Shown here piece after piece: positions 15,101 through 29,700 of a stretch of 64,000 bases of DNA. Origin of the DNA: the human T2T-CHM13v2.0 reference genome, Homo sapiens; the NCBI RefSeq assembly GCF_009914755.1, contig NC_060925.1; one strand, written 5' to 3'. The translations under genes were made by a program, and so were the position numbers. The notes under the pieces are model-generated. The model ran no database searches and had not been told where the DNA came from. It saw nothing but the letters and a program-made list of their open reading frames with translations. The stretch's first letter is position 1; each line of letters begins with the position of its first letter.

Positions 15101-18100
15101 ATTCATTGAATGGAATCAGATGGAATCATCGAATGGACTGGAATGGAATCATTGAATGGACTCGAAAGGGATCATGATTGAATGGAATTGAATGGAATCA
15201 TCGAATGGTCTCGATTGGAATCATTATCAAATGGAATCGAATGGAATCACCGAATAGAATCGAATGGAACAATCATCGAATGGACTCAAATGGAATTATC
15301 CTCCAATGGAATCGAATGGAATTATCGAATGCAATCGAATGGAATTATCGAATGCAATCGAATAGAATCATCGAATGGACTCGAATGGAATCATCGAATG
15401 GAATGGAATGGAACAGTCAATGAACTCGAATGGAATCATCATTGAATGGAATCGAATGGAATCATCGAGTGGAATCGAATGGAATTATGATCAAATGGAA
15501 TCGAATGTAATCATCATCAAATGGAATCAAAAATAACCATCATCAATTGGTATTGAATGGAATTGTCATCAAATGGAATTCAAAGGAATCATCATCAAAT
15601 GGAACCGAATGGAATCCTCATTGAATGGAAATGAAAGGGGTCATCATCTAATGGAATCGCATGGAATCATCATCAAATGGAATCTAATGGAATCATCATC
15701 AAATGGAATCTAATGGAATCATTGAACAGAATTGAATGGAATCGTCATCGAATGAATTGAATGCAATCATCGAATGGTCTCGATTGGAATCATCTTCTAA
15801 TGGAAAGGAATGGAATCACCGCATAGAATCGAATGGAATTAACATTGAATGGACTCGAATGGAATCCACATCAAACGGAATCAAGCGGAATTATCAAACG
15901 GAATCAAAGAGAATCATCGAATGGACTCGAATGGAATCATCTAATGCAAAGGAAAGGAATAATCCACGGACTCGAATGCAATCATCATCGTATAGAATCG
16001 AATGGAATCATCGAATGGACTCGAATGGAATAATCAGTGAACGGAATCAAATGGAATCATCATCGGATGGAAACGAATGGAATCATCATCGAATGGAAAT
16101 GAAAAGAGTCATCATCTAATGGAATTGCATGGAATCATCATAAAATGGAATCGAATGGAATCATCATCAAATGGAATCCAATGGAATCATTGAACGGAAT
16201 TGAATGGAATCGTCATCGAATGAATTGAATGCAATCATCGAATGGTCTCGAATGGAATCATCTTCAAATGGAATGGAATGGAATCATCGCATAGAATCGA
16301 ATGGAATTATCATCGAATGGAATCGAATGGAATCAACATCAAACGGAAAAAAACGGAATTATCGAATGGAATCGAAGAGAATCATCGAACGGACCCGAAT
16401 GGAATCATCTAATGGAATGGAATGGAATAATCCATGGACTCGAATGCAATCATCATCGAATGGAATCGAATGGAATCATCGAATGGACTCGAATGGAATA
16501 ATCATTGAACGGAATCGAATGGAATCATCATCGGATGGAAACGAATGGAATCATCATCGAATGGAAATGAAAGGATTCATCATCTGATGGAATTGCATGG
16601 AATCATCATAAAATGGAATCGAATGGAATCAACATCAAATGGAATCAAATGGAATCATTGAACGGAATTGAATGGAATCGTCAACGAATGAATTGAATGC
16701 AATCATCGAATGGTCTCGAATGGAATCATCTTCAAATGGAATGGAATGGAATCATCGCATAGAATCGAATGGAATTATCATCGAATGGAATCGAATGGAA
16801 TCATCATCAAACGGAAAAATCGGAATTATCGTATGGAATCGAAGAGAATCATCGAATGGACACGAATGGAATCATCTAATGGAGTGGAATGGAATAATCC
16901 ACGGACTCGAATGCAATCATCATCGAATGGAATCGAATGGAATCATCGAATGGACTCGAATGGAATAATCATCGAACGGAATCGAATGGAGTCATCATCG
17001 GATGGAAATGAATGGAATCATCATCGAATGGAATCGAATAGAATTATGGAATGAAATCCAGTGTGATCATCATCGAATGGACCCGAATGGAATCATCATC
17101 CAACGGAAGCTAATGGAATCAACATCGAATGAATCGAATGGAAACACCATCGAATTGAAACGAATGGAATTATCATGAAATTGAAATGGATGGACTCATC
17201 ATCGAATGGATTCGAATAGAATCATCGAATAAAATTGATTGAAATCATCAACAAATGGAATCGAATGCTATCATTGAATGGAATCGAATGGAATCATCAT
17301 CAGATGGAAATGAATGGAATCGTCATAGAATGGAATCGAATGGATTCATTGAATGGAATCAGATGGAATCATCGAATGGACTGGAATGGAATCATTGAAT
17401 GGACTCGAAAGGGATCATGATTGAATGGAATTGAATGGAATCATCGAATCGTCTCGATTGGAATCATTATCAAATGGAATCGAATGGAATCACCGAATAG
17501 AATCGAATGGAACAATCATCGAATGGACTCAAATGGAATTATCCTCAAATGGAATCGAATGGAATTATCGAATGCAATCGAATGGAATTATCGAATGCAA
17601 TCGAATAGAATCATCGAATGGACTCGAATGGAATCATCGAATGGAATGGAATGGAACAGTCAATGAACACGAATGGAATCATCATTGAATGGAATCGAAT
17701 GGAATCATCGAGTGGAATCGAATGGAATTATGATCAAATGGAATCGAATGTAATCATCATCAAATGGAATCAAAAATAACCATCATCAATTGGTATTGAA
17801 TGGAATTGTCATCAAATGGAATTCAAAGGAATCATCATCAAATGGAACCGAATGGAATCCTCATTGAATGGAAATGAAAGGGGTCATCATCTAATGGAAT
17901 CGCATGGAATCATCACCAAATGGAATCGAATGGAATCATCATCAAATGGAATCTAATGGAATCATTGAACAGAATTGAATGGAATCGTCATCGAATGAAT
18001 TGAATGCAATCATCGAATGGTCTCGAATGGAATCATCTTCTAATGGAAAGGAATGGAATCATCGCATAGAATCGAATGGAATTATCATCGAATGGAATCG

Positions 18101-21100
18101 AATGGTATCAACACCAAACGGAAAAAAACGGAATTATCGAATGGAATCGAAGAGAATCTTCGAACGGACCCGAATGGAATCATCTAATGGAATGGAATGG
18201 AATAATCCATGGACTCGAATGCAATCATCATCGAATGGAATCGAATGGAGTCATCGAATGGACTCGAATGGAATAATCATTGAACGGAATCGAATGGAAT
18301 CATCATCGGATGGAAACGAATGGAATCATCATCGAATGGAAATGAAAGGAGTCATCATCTAATGGAATTGCATGGAATCATCATAAAATGGAATCGAATG
18401 GAATCAACATCAAATGGAATCAAATGGAATCATTGAACGGAATTGAATGGAATCGTCATCGAATGAATTGACTGCAATCATCGAATGGTCTCGAATGGAA
18501 TCATCTTCAAATGGAATGCAATGGAATCATCGCATAGAATCGAATGGAATTATCATCGAATGGAATCGAATGGAATCAACATCAAACGGAAAAAAACAGA
18601 ATTATCGTATGGAATCTAAGAGAATCATCGAATGGACCCGAATGGAATCATCTAATGGAATGGAATGGAATAATCCATGGACTCGAATGCAATCATCATC
18701 GAATGGAATCGAATGGAATCATCGAATGGACTCGAATGGAATAATCATTGAACGGAATCGAATGGAATCATCATCGGATGGAAATGAATGGAATCATCAT
18801 CGAATGGAATCGAATAGAATTATGGAATGAAATCCAGTGTGATCATCATCGAATGGACCCGAATGGAATCATCATCCAACGGAAGCTAATGGAATCAACA
18901 TCGAATGAATCGAATGGAAACACCATCGAATTGAAACGAATGGAATTATCATGAAATTGAAATGGATGGACACATCATCGAATGGATTCGAATGGAATCA
19001 TCGAATAAAATTGATTGAAATCATCATCAAATGGAATCGAATGGTATCATTGAATGGAATCGAATGGAATCATCATCAGATGGAAATGAATGGAATCGTC
19101 ATAGAATGGAATCGAATGGATTCATTGAATGGAATCAGATGGAATCATCGAATGGACTGGAATGGAATCATTGAATGGACTCGAAAGGGATCATTATTGA
19201 ATGGAATTGAATGGAATCATCGAATGGTCTCGATTGGAATCATTATCAAATGGAATCGAATGGAATCACCGAATAGAATCGAATGGAACAATCATCGAAT
19301 GGACTCAAATGGAATTATCCTCAAATGGAATCGAATGGAATTATCGAATGCAATCGAATGGAATTATCGAATGCAATCGAATAGAATCATCGAATGGACT
19401 CGAATGGAATCATCGAATGGAATGGAATGGAACAGTCAATGAACTCGAATGGAATCATCATTGAATGGAATCGAATGGAATCATCGAGTGGAATCGAATG
19501 GAATTATGATCAAATGGAATCGAATGTAATCATCATCAAATGGAATCAAAAATAACCATCATCAATTGGTATTGAATGGAATTGTCATCAAATGGAATTC
19601 AAAGGAATCATCATCAAATGGAACCGAATGGAATCCTCATTGAATGGAAATGAAAGGGGTCATCATCTAATGGAATCGCATGGAATCATCATCAAATGGA
19701 ATCGAATGGAATCATCATCAAATGGAATCTAATGGAATCATTGAACAGAATTGAATGGAATCGTCATCGAATGAATTGAATGCAATCATCGAATGGTCTC
19801 GAATGGAATCATCTTCTAATGGAAAGGAATGGAATCATCGCATAGAATCGAATGGAATTATCATCGAATGGAATCGAATGGTATCAACATCAAACGGAAA
19901 AAAACGGAATTATCAAATGGAATCGAAGAGAATCTTCGAACGGACCCGAATGGAATCATCTAATGGAATGGAATGGAATAATCCATGGACTCGAATGCAA
20001 TCATCATCGAATGGAATCGAATGGAATCATCGAATGGACTCGAATGGAATAATCATTGAACGGAATCGAATGGAATCATCATCGGATGGAAATGAATGGA
20101 ATCATCATCGAAGGGAAATGAAAGGAGTCATCATCTAATGGAATTGCATGGAATCATCATAAAATGGAATCGAATGGAATCAACATCAAATGGAATCAAA
20201 TGGAATCATTGAACGGAATTGAATGGAATCGTCATCGAATGAATTGACTGCAATCATCGAATGGTCTCGAATGGAATCATCTTCAAATGGAATGGAATGG
20301 AATCATCGCATAGAATCGAATGGAATTATCATCGAATGGAATCGAATGGAATCAACATCCAACGGAAAAAAACGGAATTATCGAATGGAATCGAAGAGAA
20401 TCATCGAATGGACCCGAATGGAATCATCTAATGGAATGGAATGGAATAATCCATGGACTCGAATGCAATCATCATCGAATGGAATCGAATGGAATCATCG
20501 AATGGACTCGAATGGAATAATCATTGAACGGAATCGAATGGAATCATCATCGGATGGAAATGAATGGAATCATCATCGAATGGAATCGAATAGAATTATG
20601 GAATGAAATCCAGTGTGATCATCATCGAATGGACCCGAATGGAATCATCATCCAACGGAAGCTAATGGAATCAACATCGAATGAATCGAATGGAAACACC
20701 ATCGAATTGAAACGAATGGAATTATCATGAAATTGAAATGGATGGACTCATCATCGAATGGATTCGAATGGAATCATCGAATAAAATTGATTGAAATCAT
20801 CATCGAATGGAATCGAATGGTATCATTGAATGGAATCGAATGGAATCATCATCAGATGGAAATGAATGGAATCGTCATAGAATGGAATCGAATGGATTCA
20901 TTGAATGGAATCAGATGGAATCATCGAATGGACTGGAATGGAATCATTGAATGGACTCGAAAGGGATCATGATTGAATGGAATTGAATGGAATCATCGAA
21001 TGGTCTCGATTGGAATCATTATCAAATGGAATCGAATGGAATCACCGAATAGAATCGAATGGAACAATCATCGAATGGACTCAAATGGAATTATCCTCCA

Positions 21101-23773
21101 ATGGAATCGAATGGAATTATCGAATGCAATCGAATGGAATTATCGAATGCAATCGAATAGAATCATCGAATGGACTCGAATGGAATCATCGAATGGAATG
21201 GAATGGAACAGTCAATGAACTCGAATGGAATCATCATTGAATGGAATCGAATGGAATCATCGAGTGGAATCGAATGGAATTATGATCAAATGGAATCGAA
21301 TGTAATCATCATCAAATGGAATCAAAAATAACCATCATCAATTGGTATTGAATGGAATTGTCATCAAATGGAATTCAAAGGAATCATCATCAAATGGAAC
21401 CGAATGGAATCCTCATTGAATGGAAATGAAAGGGGTCATCATCTAATGGAATCGCATGGAATCATCATCAAATGGAATCTAATGGAATCATCATCAAATG
21501 GAATCTAATGGAATCATTGAACAGAATTGAATGGAATCGTCATCGAATGAATTGAATGCAATCATCGAATGGTCTCGATTGGAATCATCTTCTAATGGAA
21601 AGGAATGGAATCACCGCATAGAATCGAATGGAATTAACATTGAATGGACTCGAATGGAATCCACATCAAACGGAATCAAGCGGAATTATCAAACGGAATC
21701 AAAGAGAATCATCGAATGGACTCGAATGGAATCATCTAATGCAAAGGAAAGGAATAATCCACGGACTCGAATGCAATCATCATCGTATAGAATCGAATGG
21801 AATCATCGAATGGACTCGAATGGAATAATCAGTGAACGGAATCAAATGGAATCATCATCGGATGGAAACGAATGGAATCATCATCGAATGGAAATGAAAA
21901 GAGTCATCATCTAATGGAATTGCATGGAATCATCATAAAATGGAATCGAATGGAATCATCATCAAATGGAATCCAATGGAATCATTGAACGGAATTGAAT
22001 GGAATCGTCATCGAATGAATTGAATGCAATCATCGAATGGTCTCGAATGGAATCATCTTCAAATGGAATGGAATGGAATCATCGCATAGAATCGAATGGA
22101 ATTATCATCGAATGGAATCGAATGGAATCAACATCAAACGGAAAAAAACGGAATTATCGAATGGAATCGAAGAGAATCATCGAACGGACCCGAATGGAAT
22201 CATCTAATGGAATGGAATGGAATAATCCATGGACTCGAATGCAATCATCATCGAATGGAATCGAATGGAATCATCGAATGGACTCGAATGGAATAATCAT
22301 TGAACGGAATCGAATGGAATCATCATCGGATGGAAACGAATGGAATCATCATCGAATGGAAATGAAAGGATTCATCATCTGATGGAATTGCATGGAATCA
22401 TCATAAAATGGAATCGAATGGAATCAACATCAAATGGAATCAAATGGAATCATTGAACGGAATTGAATGGAATCGTCAACGAATGAATTGAATGCAATCA
22501 TCGAATGGTCTCGAATGGAATCAACTTCAAATGGAATGGAATGGAATCATCGCATAGAATCGAATGGAATTATCATCGAATGGAATCGAATGGAATCATC
22601 ATCAAACGGAAAAATCGGAATTATCGTATGGAATCGAAGAGAATCATCGAATGGACACGAATGGAATCATCTAATGGAGTGGAATGGAATAATCCACGGA
22701 CTCGAATGCAATCATCATCGAATGGAATCGAATGGAATCATCGAATGGACTCGAATGGAATAATCATCGAACGGAATCGAATGGAGTCATCATCGGATGG
22801 AAATGAATGGAATCATCATCGAATGGAATCGAATAGAATTATGGAATGAAATCCAGTGTGATCATCATCGAATGGACCCGAATGGAATCATCATCCAACG
22901 GAAGCTAATGGAATCAACATCGAATGAATCGAATGGAAACACCATCGAATTGAAACGAATGGAATTATCATGAAATTGAAATGGATGGACTCATCATCGA
23001 ATGGATTCGAATAGAATCATCGAATAAAATTGATTGAAATCATCAACAAATGGAATCGAATGCTATCATTGAATGGAATCGAATGGAATCATCATCAGAT
23101 GGAAATGAATGGAATCGTCATAGAATGGAATCGAATGGATTCATTGAATGGAATCAGATGGAATCATCGAATGGACTGGAATGGAATCATTGAATGGACT
23201 CGAAAGGGATCATGATTGAATGGAATTGAATGGAATCATCGAATCGTCTCGATTGGAATCATTATCAAATGGAATCGAATGGAATCACCGAATAGAATCG
23301 AATGGAACAATCATCGAATGGACTCAAATGGAATTATCCTCAAATGGAATCGAATGGAATTATCGAATGCAATCGAATGGAATTATCGAATGCAATCGAA
23401 TAGAATCATCGAATGGACTCGAATGGAATCATCGAATGGAATGGAATGGAACAGTCAATGAACACGAATGGAATCATCATTGAATGGAATCGAATGGAAT
23501 CATCGAGTGGAATCGAATGGAATTATGATCAAATGGAATCGAATGTAATCATCATCAAATGGAATCAAAAATAACCATCATCAATTGGTATTGAATGGAA
23601 TTGTCATCAAATGGAATTCAAAGGAATCATCATCAAATGGAACCGAATGGAATCCTCATTGAATGGAAATGAAAGGGGTCATCATCTAATGGAATCGCAT
23701 GGAATCATCACCAAATGGAATCGAATGGAATCATCATCAAATGGAATCTAATGGAATCATTGAACAGAATTGA
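12184..23773. repeat. Near-identical 5,795-bp tandem duplication (three units: 1776+1776+2243)
   Basis: 12184/17979, 13156/18951, 14932/20727, 15736/21531 and 17175/22970 are all offset by 5,795, with shared private variants (TGGAGTCATCG, ATGCAATGG, GAAGGGAAATG, GGAAAAATCGG). The breakpoint can only be placed within ~12,120-12,455. Confidence 0.92.
15736..16203. repeat. Diverged C-type 468-bp module
   Basis: Cluster of linked substitutions: AATTAACATTGAATGGACTC, CGGAATCAAGCGG in place of CGGAAAAAAACGG, TCCACGGACT in place of TCCATGGACT, and CGTATAGAATC. Relatives start at 21531, 34452, 38468, 43474, 47936, 52101, 58807 and 63269. Confidence 0.88.
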
Positions 23774-26700
23774 ATGGAATCGTCATCGAATGAATTGAAT
23801 GCAATCATCGAATGGTCTCGAATGGAATCATCTTCTAATGGAAAGGAATGGAATCATCGCATAGAATCGAATGGAATTATCATCGAATGGAATCGAATGG
23901 TATCAACACCAAACGGAAAAAAACGGAATTATCGAATGGAATCGAAGAGAATCTTCGAACGGACCCGAATGGAATCATCTAATGGAATGGAATGGAATAA
24001 TCCATGGACTCGAATGCAATCATCATCGAATGGAATCGAATGGAATCATCGAATGGACTCGAATGGAATAATCATTGAACGGAATCGAATGGAATCATCA
24101 TCGGATGGAAACGAATGGAATCATCATCGAATGGAAATGAAAGGAGTCATCATCTAATGCAATTGCATGGAATCATCATCAAATGGAATCGAATGGAATC
24201 AACATCAAATGGAATCTAATGGAATCATTGAACAGAATTGAATGGAATCGTCATCGAATGAATTGACTGCAATCATCGAATGGTCTCGAATGGAATCATC
24301 TTCTAATGGAAAGGAATGGAATCATCGCATAGAATCGAATGGAATTATCATCGAATGGAATCGAATGGTATCAACACCAAACGGAAAAAAACGGAATTAT
24401 CGAAAGGAATCGAAGAGAATCTTCGAACGGACCCGAATGGAATCATCTAATGGAATGGAATGGAATAATCCATGGACTCGAATGAAATCATCATCGAATG
24501 GAATCGAATGGAATCATCGAATGGACTCGAATGGAATAATCATTGAACGGAATCGAATGGAATCATCATCGGATGGAAATGAATGTAATCATCATCGAAT
24601 GGAATCGAATAGAATTATGGAATGAAATCCAGTGTGATCATCATCGAATGGACCCGAATGGAATCATCATCCAACAGAAGCTAATGGAATCAACATCGAA
24701 TGAATCGAATGGAAACACCATCGAATTCAAACGAATGGAATTACCATGAAATTGAAATGGATGGACTCATCATCGAATGGATTCGGATGGAATCATCGAA
24801 TAAAATTGATTGAAATCATCATCGAATGGAATCGAATGGTATCATTGAATGGAATCGAATGGAATCATCATCAGATGGAAATGAATCGAATCGTCATAGA
24901 ATGGAATCGAATGGATTCATTGAATGGAATCAGATGGAATCATCGAATGGACTGGAATGGAATCATTGAATGGACTCGAAAGGGATCATGATTGAATGGA
25001 ATTGAATGGAATCATCGAATGGTCTCGATTGGAATCATTATTAAATGGAATCGAATGGAATCACCGAATAGAATCGAATGGAACAATCATCGAATGGACT
25101 CAAATGGAATTATCCTCAAATGGAATCGAATGGAATTATCAAATGCAATCGAATGGAATTATCGAATGCAATCGAATAGAATCATCGAATGGACTCGAAT
25201 GGAATCATCGAATGGAATGGAATGGAACAGTCAATGAACTCGAATGGAATCATCATTGAATGGAATCGAATGGAATCATCGAGTGGAATCGAATGGAATT
25301 ATGATCAAATGGAATCGAATGTAATCATCATCAAATGGAATCAAAAATAACCATCATCAATTGGTATTGAATGGAATTGTCATCAAATGGAATTCAAAGG
25401 AATCATCATCAAATGGAACCGAATGGAATCCTCATTGAATGGAAATGAAAGGGGTCATCATCTAATGGAATCGCATGGAATCATCATCAAATGGAATCGA
25501 ATGGAATCATCATCAAATGGAATCTAATGGAATCATTGAACAGAATTGAATGGAATCGTCATCGAATGAATTGAATGCAATCATCGAATGGTCTCGAATG
25601 GAATCATCTTCTAATGGAAAGGAATGGAATCATCGCATAGAATCGAATGGAATTATCATCGAATGGAATCGAATGGTATCAACACCAAACGGAAAAAAAC
25701 GGAATTATCGAATGGAATCGAAGAGAATCTTCGAACGGACCCGAATGGAATCATCTAATGGAATGGAATGGAATAATCCATGGACTCGAATGCAATCATC
25801 ATCGAATGGAATGGAATGGAATCATCGAATGGACTCGAATGGAATAATCATTGAACGGAATCGAATGGAATCATCATCGGATGGAAACGAATGGAATCAT
25901 CATCGAATGGAAATGAAAGGAGTCATCATCTAATGGAATTGCATGGAATCATCATCAAATGGAATCGAATGGAATCAACATCAAATGGAATCAAATGGAA
26001 TCATTGAACGGAATTGAATGGAATCGTTATCGAATGAATTGACTGCAATCATCGAATGGTCTCCAATGGAATCATCTTCAAATGGAATGGAATGGAATCA
26101 TCGCATAGAATCGAATGGAATTATCATCGAATGGAATCGAATGGAATCAACATCAAACGGAAAAAAACAGAATTATCGTATGGAATCGAAGAGAATCATC
26201 GAGTGGACCCGAATGGAATCATCTAATGGAATGGAATGGAATAATCCATGGACTCGAATGCAATCATCATCGAATGGAATCGAATGGAATCATCGAATGG
26301 ACTCGAATGGAATAATCATTGAACGGAATCGAATGGAATCATCATCGGATGGAAATGAATGGAATCATCATCGAATGGAATCGAATAGAATTATGGAATG
26401 AAATCCAGTGTGATCATCATCGAATGGACCCGAATGGAATCATCATCCAACGGAAGCTAATGGAATCAACATCGAATGAATCGAATGGAAACACCATCGA
26501 ATTGAAACGAATGGAATTATCATGAAATTGAAATGGATGGACTCATCATCGAATGGATTCGAATGGAATCATCGAATAAAATTGATTGAAATCATCATCC
26601 AATGGAATCGAATGGTATCATTGAATGGAATCGAATGGAATCATCATCAGATGGAAATGAATGGAATCGTCGTAGAATGGAATCGAATGGATTCATTGAA

Positions 26701-29700
26701 TGGAATCAGATGGAATCATCGAATGGACTGGAATGGAATCATTGAATGGACTCGAAAGGGATCATGATTGAATGGAATTGAATGGAATCATCGAATGGTC
26801 TCGATTGGAATCATTATCAAATGGAATCGAATGGAATCACCGAATAGAATCGAATGGAACAATCATCGAATGGACTCAAATGGAATTATCCTCAAATGGA
26901 ATCGAATGGAATTATCGAATGCAATCGAATGGAATTATCGAATGCAATCGAATAGAATCATCGAAAGGACTCGAATGGAATCATCGAATGGAATGGAATG
27001 GAACAGTCAATGAACTCGAATGGAATCATCATTGAATGGAATCGAATGGAATCATCGAGTGGAATCGAATGGAATTATGATCAAATGGAATCGAATGTAA
27101 TCATCATCAAATGGAATCAAAAATAACCATCATCAATTGGTATTGAATGGAATTGTCATCAAATGGAATTCAAAGGAATCATCATCAAATGGAACCGAAT
27201 GGAATCCTCATTGAATGGAAATGAAAGGGGTCATCATCTAATGGAATCGCATGGAATCATCATCAAATGGAATCGAATGGAATCATCATCAAATGGAATC
27301 TAATGGAATCATTGAACAGAATTGAATGGAATCGTCATCGAATGAATTGAATGCAATCATCGAATGGTCTCGAATGGAATCATCTTCTAATGGAAAGGAA
27401 TGGAATCATCGCATAGAATCGAATGGAATTATCATCGAATGGAATCGAATGGTATCAACACCAAACGGAAAAAAACGGAATTATCGAATGGAATCGAAGA
27501 GAATCTTCGAACGGACCCGAATGGAATCATCTAATGGAATGGAATGGAATAATCCATGGACTCGAATGCAATCATCATCGAATGGAATGGAATGGAATCA
27601 TCGAATGGACTCGAATGGAATAATCATTGAACGGAATCGAATGGAATCATCATCGGATGGAAACGAATGGAATCATCATCGAATGGAAATGAAAGGAGTC
27701 ATCATCTAATGGAATTGCATGGAATCATCATAAAATGGAATCGAATGGAATCAACATCAAATGGAATCAAATGGAATCATTGAACGGAATTGAATGGAAT
27801 CGTCATCGAATGAATTGACTGCAATCATCGAATGTTCTCGAATGGAATCATCTTCAAATGGAATGGAATGGAATCATCGCATAGAATCGAATGGAATTAT
27901 CATCGAATGGAATCGAATGGAATCAACATCAAACGGAAAAAAACGGAATTATCGTATGGAATCGAAGAGAATCATCGAATGGACCCGAATGGAATCATCT
28001 AATGGAATGGAATGGAATAATCCATGGACTCGAATGCAATCATCATCGAATGAAATCGAATGGAATCATCGAATGGACTCGAATGGAATAATCATTGAAC
28101 GGAATCGAATGGAATCATCATCGGATGGAAATGAATGGAATCATCATCGAATGGAATCGAATAGAATTATGGAATGAAATCCAGTGTGATCATCATCGAA
28201 TGGACCCGAATGGAATCATCATCCAACGGAAGCTAATGGAATCAACATCGAATGAATCAAATGGAAACACCATCGAATTGAAACGAATGGAATTATCATG
28301 AAATTGAAATGGATGGACTCATCATCGAATGGATTCGAATGGAATCATCGAATAAAATTGATTGAAATCATCATCGAATGGAATCGAATGGTATCATTGA
28401 ATGGAATCGAATGGAATCATCATCAGATGGAAATGAATGGAATCGTCATAGAATGGAATCGAATGGATTCATTGAATGGAATCAGATGGAATCATCGAAT
28501 GGACTGGAATGGAATCATTGAATGGACTCGAAAGGGATCATGATTGAATGGAATTGAATGGAATCATGGAATGGTCTCGATTGGAATCATTATCAAATGG
28601 AATCGAATGGAATCACCGAATAGAATCGAATGGAACAATCATCGAATGGACTCAAATGGAATTATCCTCAAATGGAATCGAATGGAATTATCGAATGCAA
28701 TCAAATGGAATTATCGAATGCAATCGAATAGAATCATCGAAAGGACTCGAATGGAATCATCGAATGGAATGGAATGGAACAGTCAATGAACTCGAATGGA
28801 ATCATCATTGAATGGAATCGAATGGAATCATCGAGTGGAATCGAATGGAATTATGATCAAATGGAATCGAATGTAATCATCATCAAATGGAATCAAAAAT
28901 AACCATCATCAATTGGTATTGAATGGAATTGTCATCAAATGGAATTCAAAGGAATCATCATCAAATGGAACCGAATGGAATCCTCATTGAATGGAAATGA
29001 AAGGGGTCATCATCTAATGGAATCGCATGGAATCATCATCAAATGGAATCGAATGGAATCATCATCAAATGGAATCTAATGGAATCATTGAACAGAATTG
29101 AATGGAATCGTCATCGAATGAATTGAATGCAATCATCGAATGGTCTCGAATGGAATCATCTTCTAATGGAAAGGAATGGAATCATCGCATAGAATCGAAT
29201 GGAATTATCATCGAATGGAATCGAATGGTATCAACACCAAACGGAAAAAAACGGAATTATCGAATGGAATCGAAGAGAATCTTCGAACGGACCCGAATGG
29301 AATCATCTAATGGAATGGAATGGAATAATCCATGGACTCGAATGCAATCACCATCGAATGGAATCGAATGGAATCATCGAATGGACTCGAATGGAATAAT
29401 CATTGAACGGAATCGAATGGAATCATCATCGGATGGAAATGAATGGAATCATCATCGAATGGAATCGAATAGAATTATGGAATGAAATCCAGTGTGATCA
29501 TCATCGAATGGACCCGAATGGAATCATCATCCAACGGAAGCTAATGGAATCAACATCGAATGAATCGAATGGAAACACCATCGAATTGAAACGAATGGAA
29601 TTATCATGAAATTGAAATGGATGGACTCATCATCGAATGGATTCGAATGGAATCATCGAATAAAATTGATTGAAATCATCATCAAATGGAATCGAATGGT

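Larger units (their letters stand above)
4721..17174. repeat. 12,454-bp seven-unit higher-order block, first copy
   Basis: Units 1776,1776,1776,1308,1799,1776,2243 sum to 12,454. Private variants (GGATTCGGATG, GAATTCAAAC, TCGTAGAA, GTTCTCG, CATGGAATGGTC, GGACACATC) recur 18,249 bp downstream (=12,454+5,795). Confidence 0.8.
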
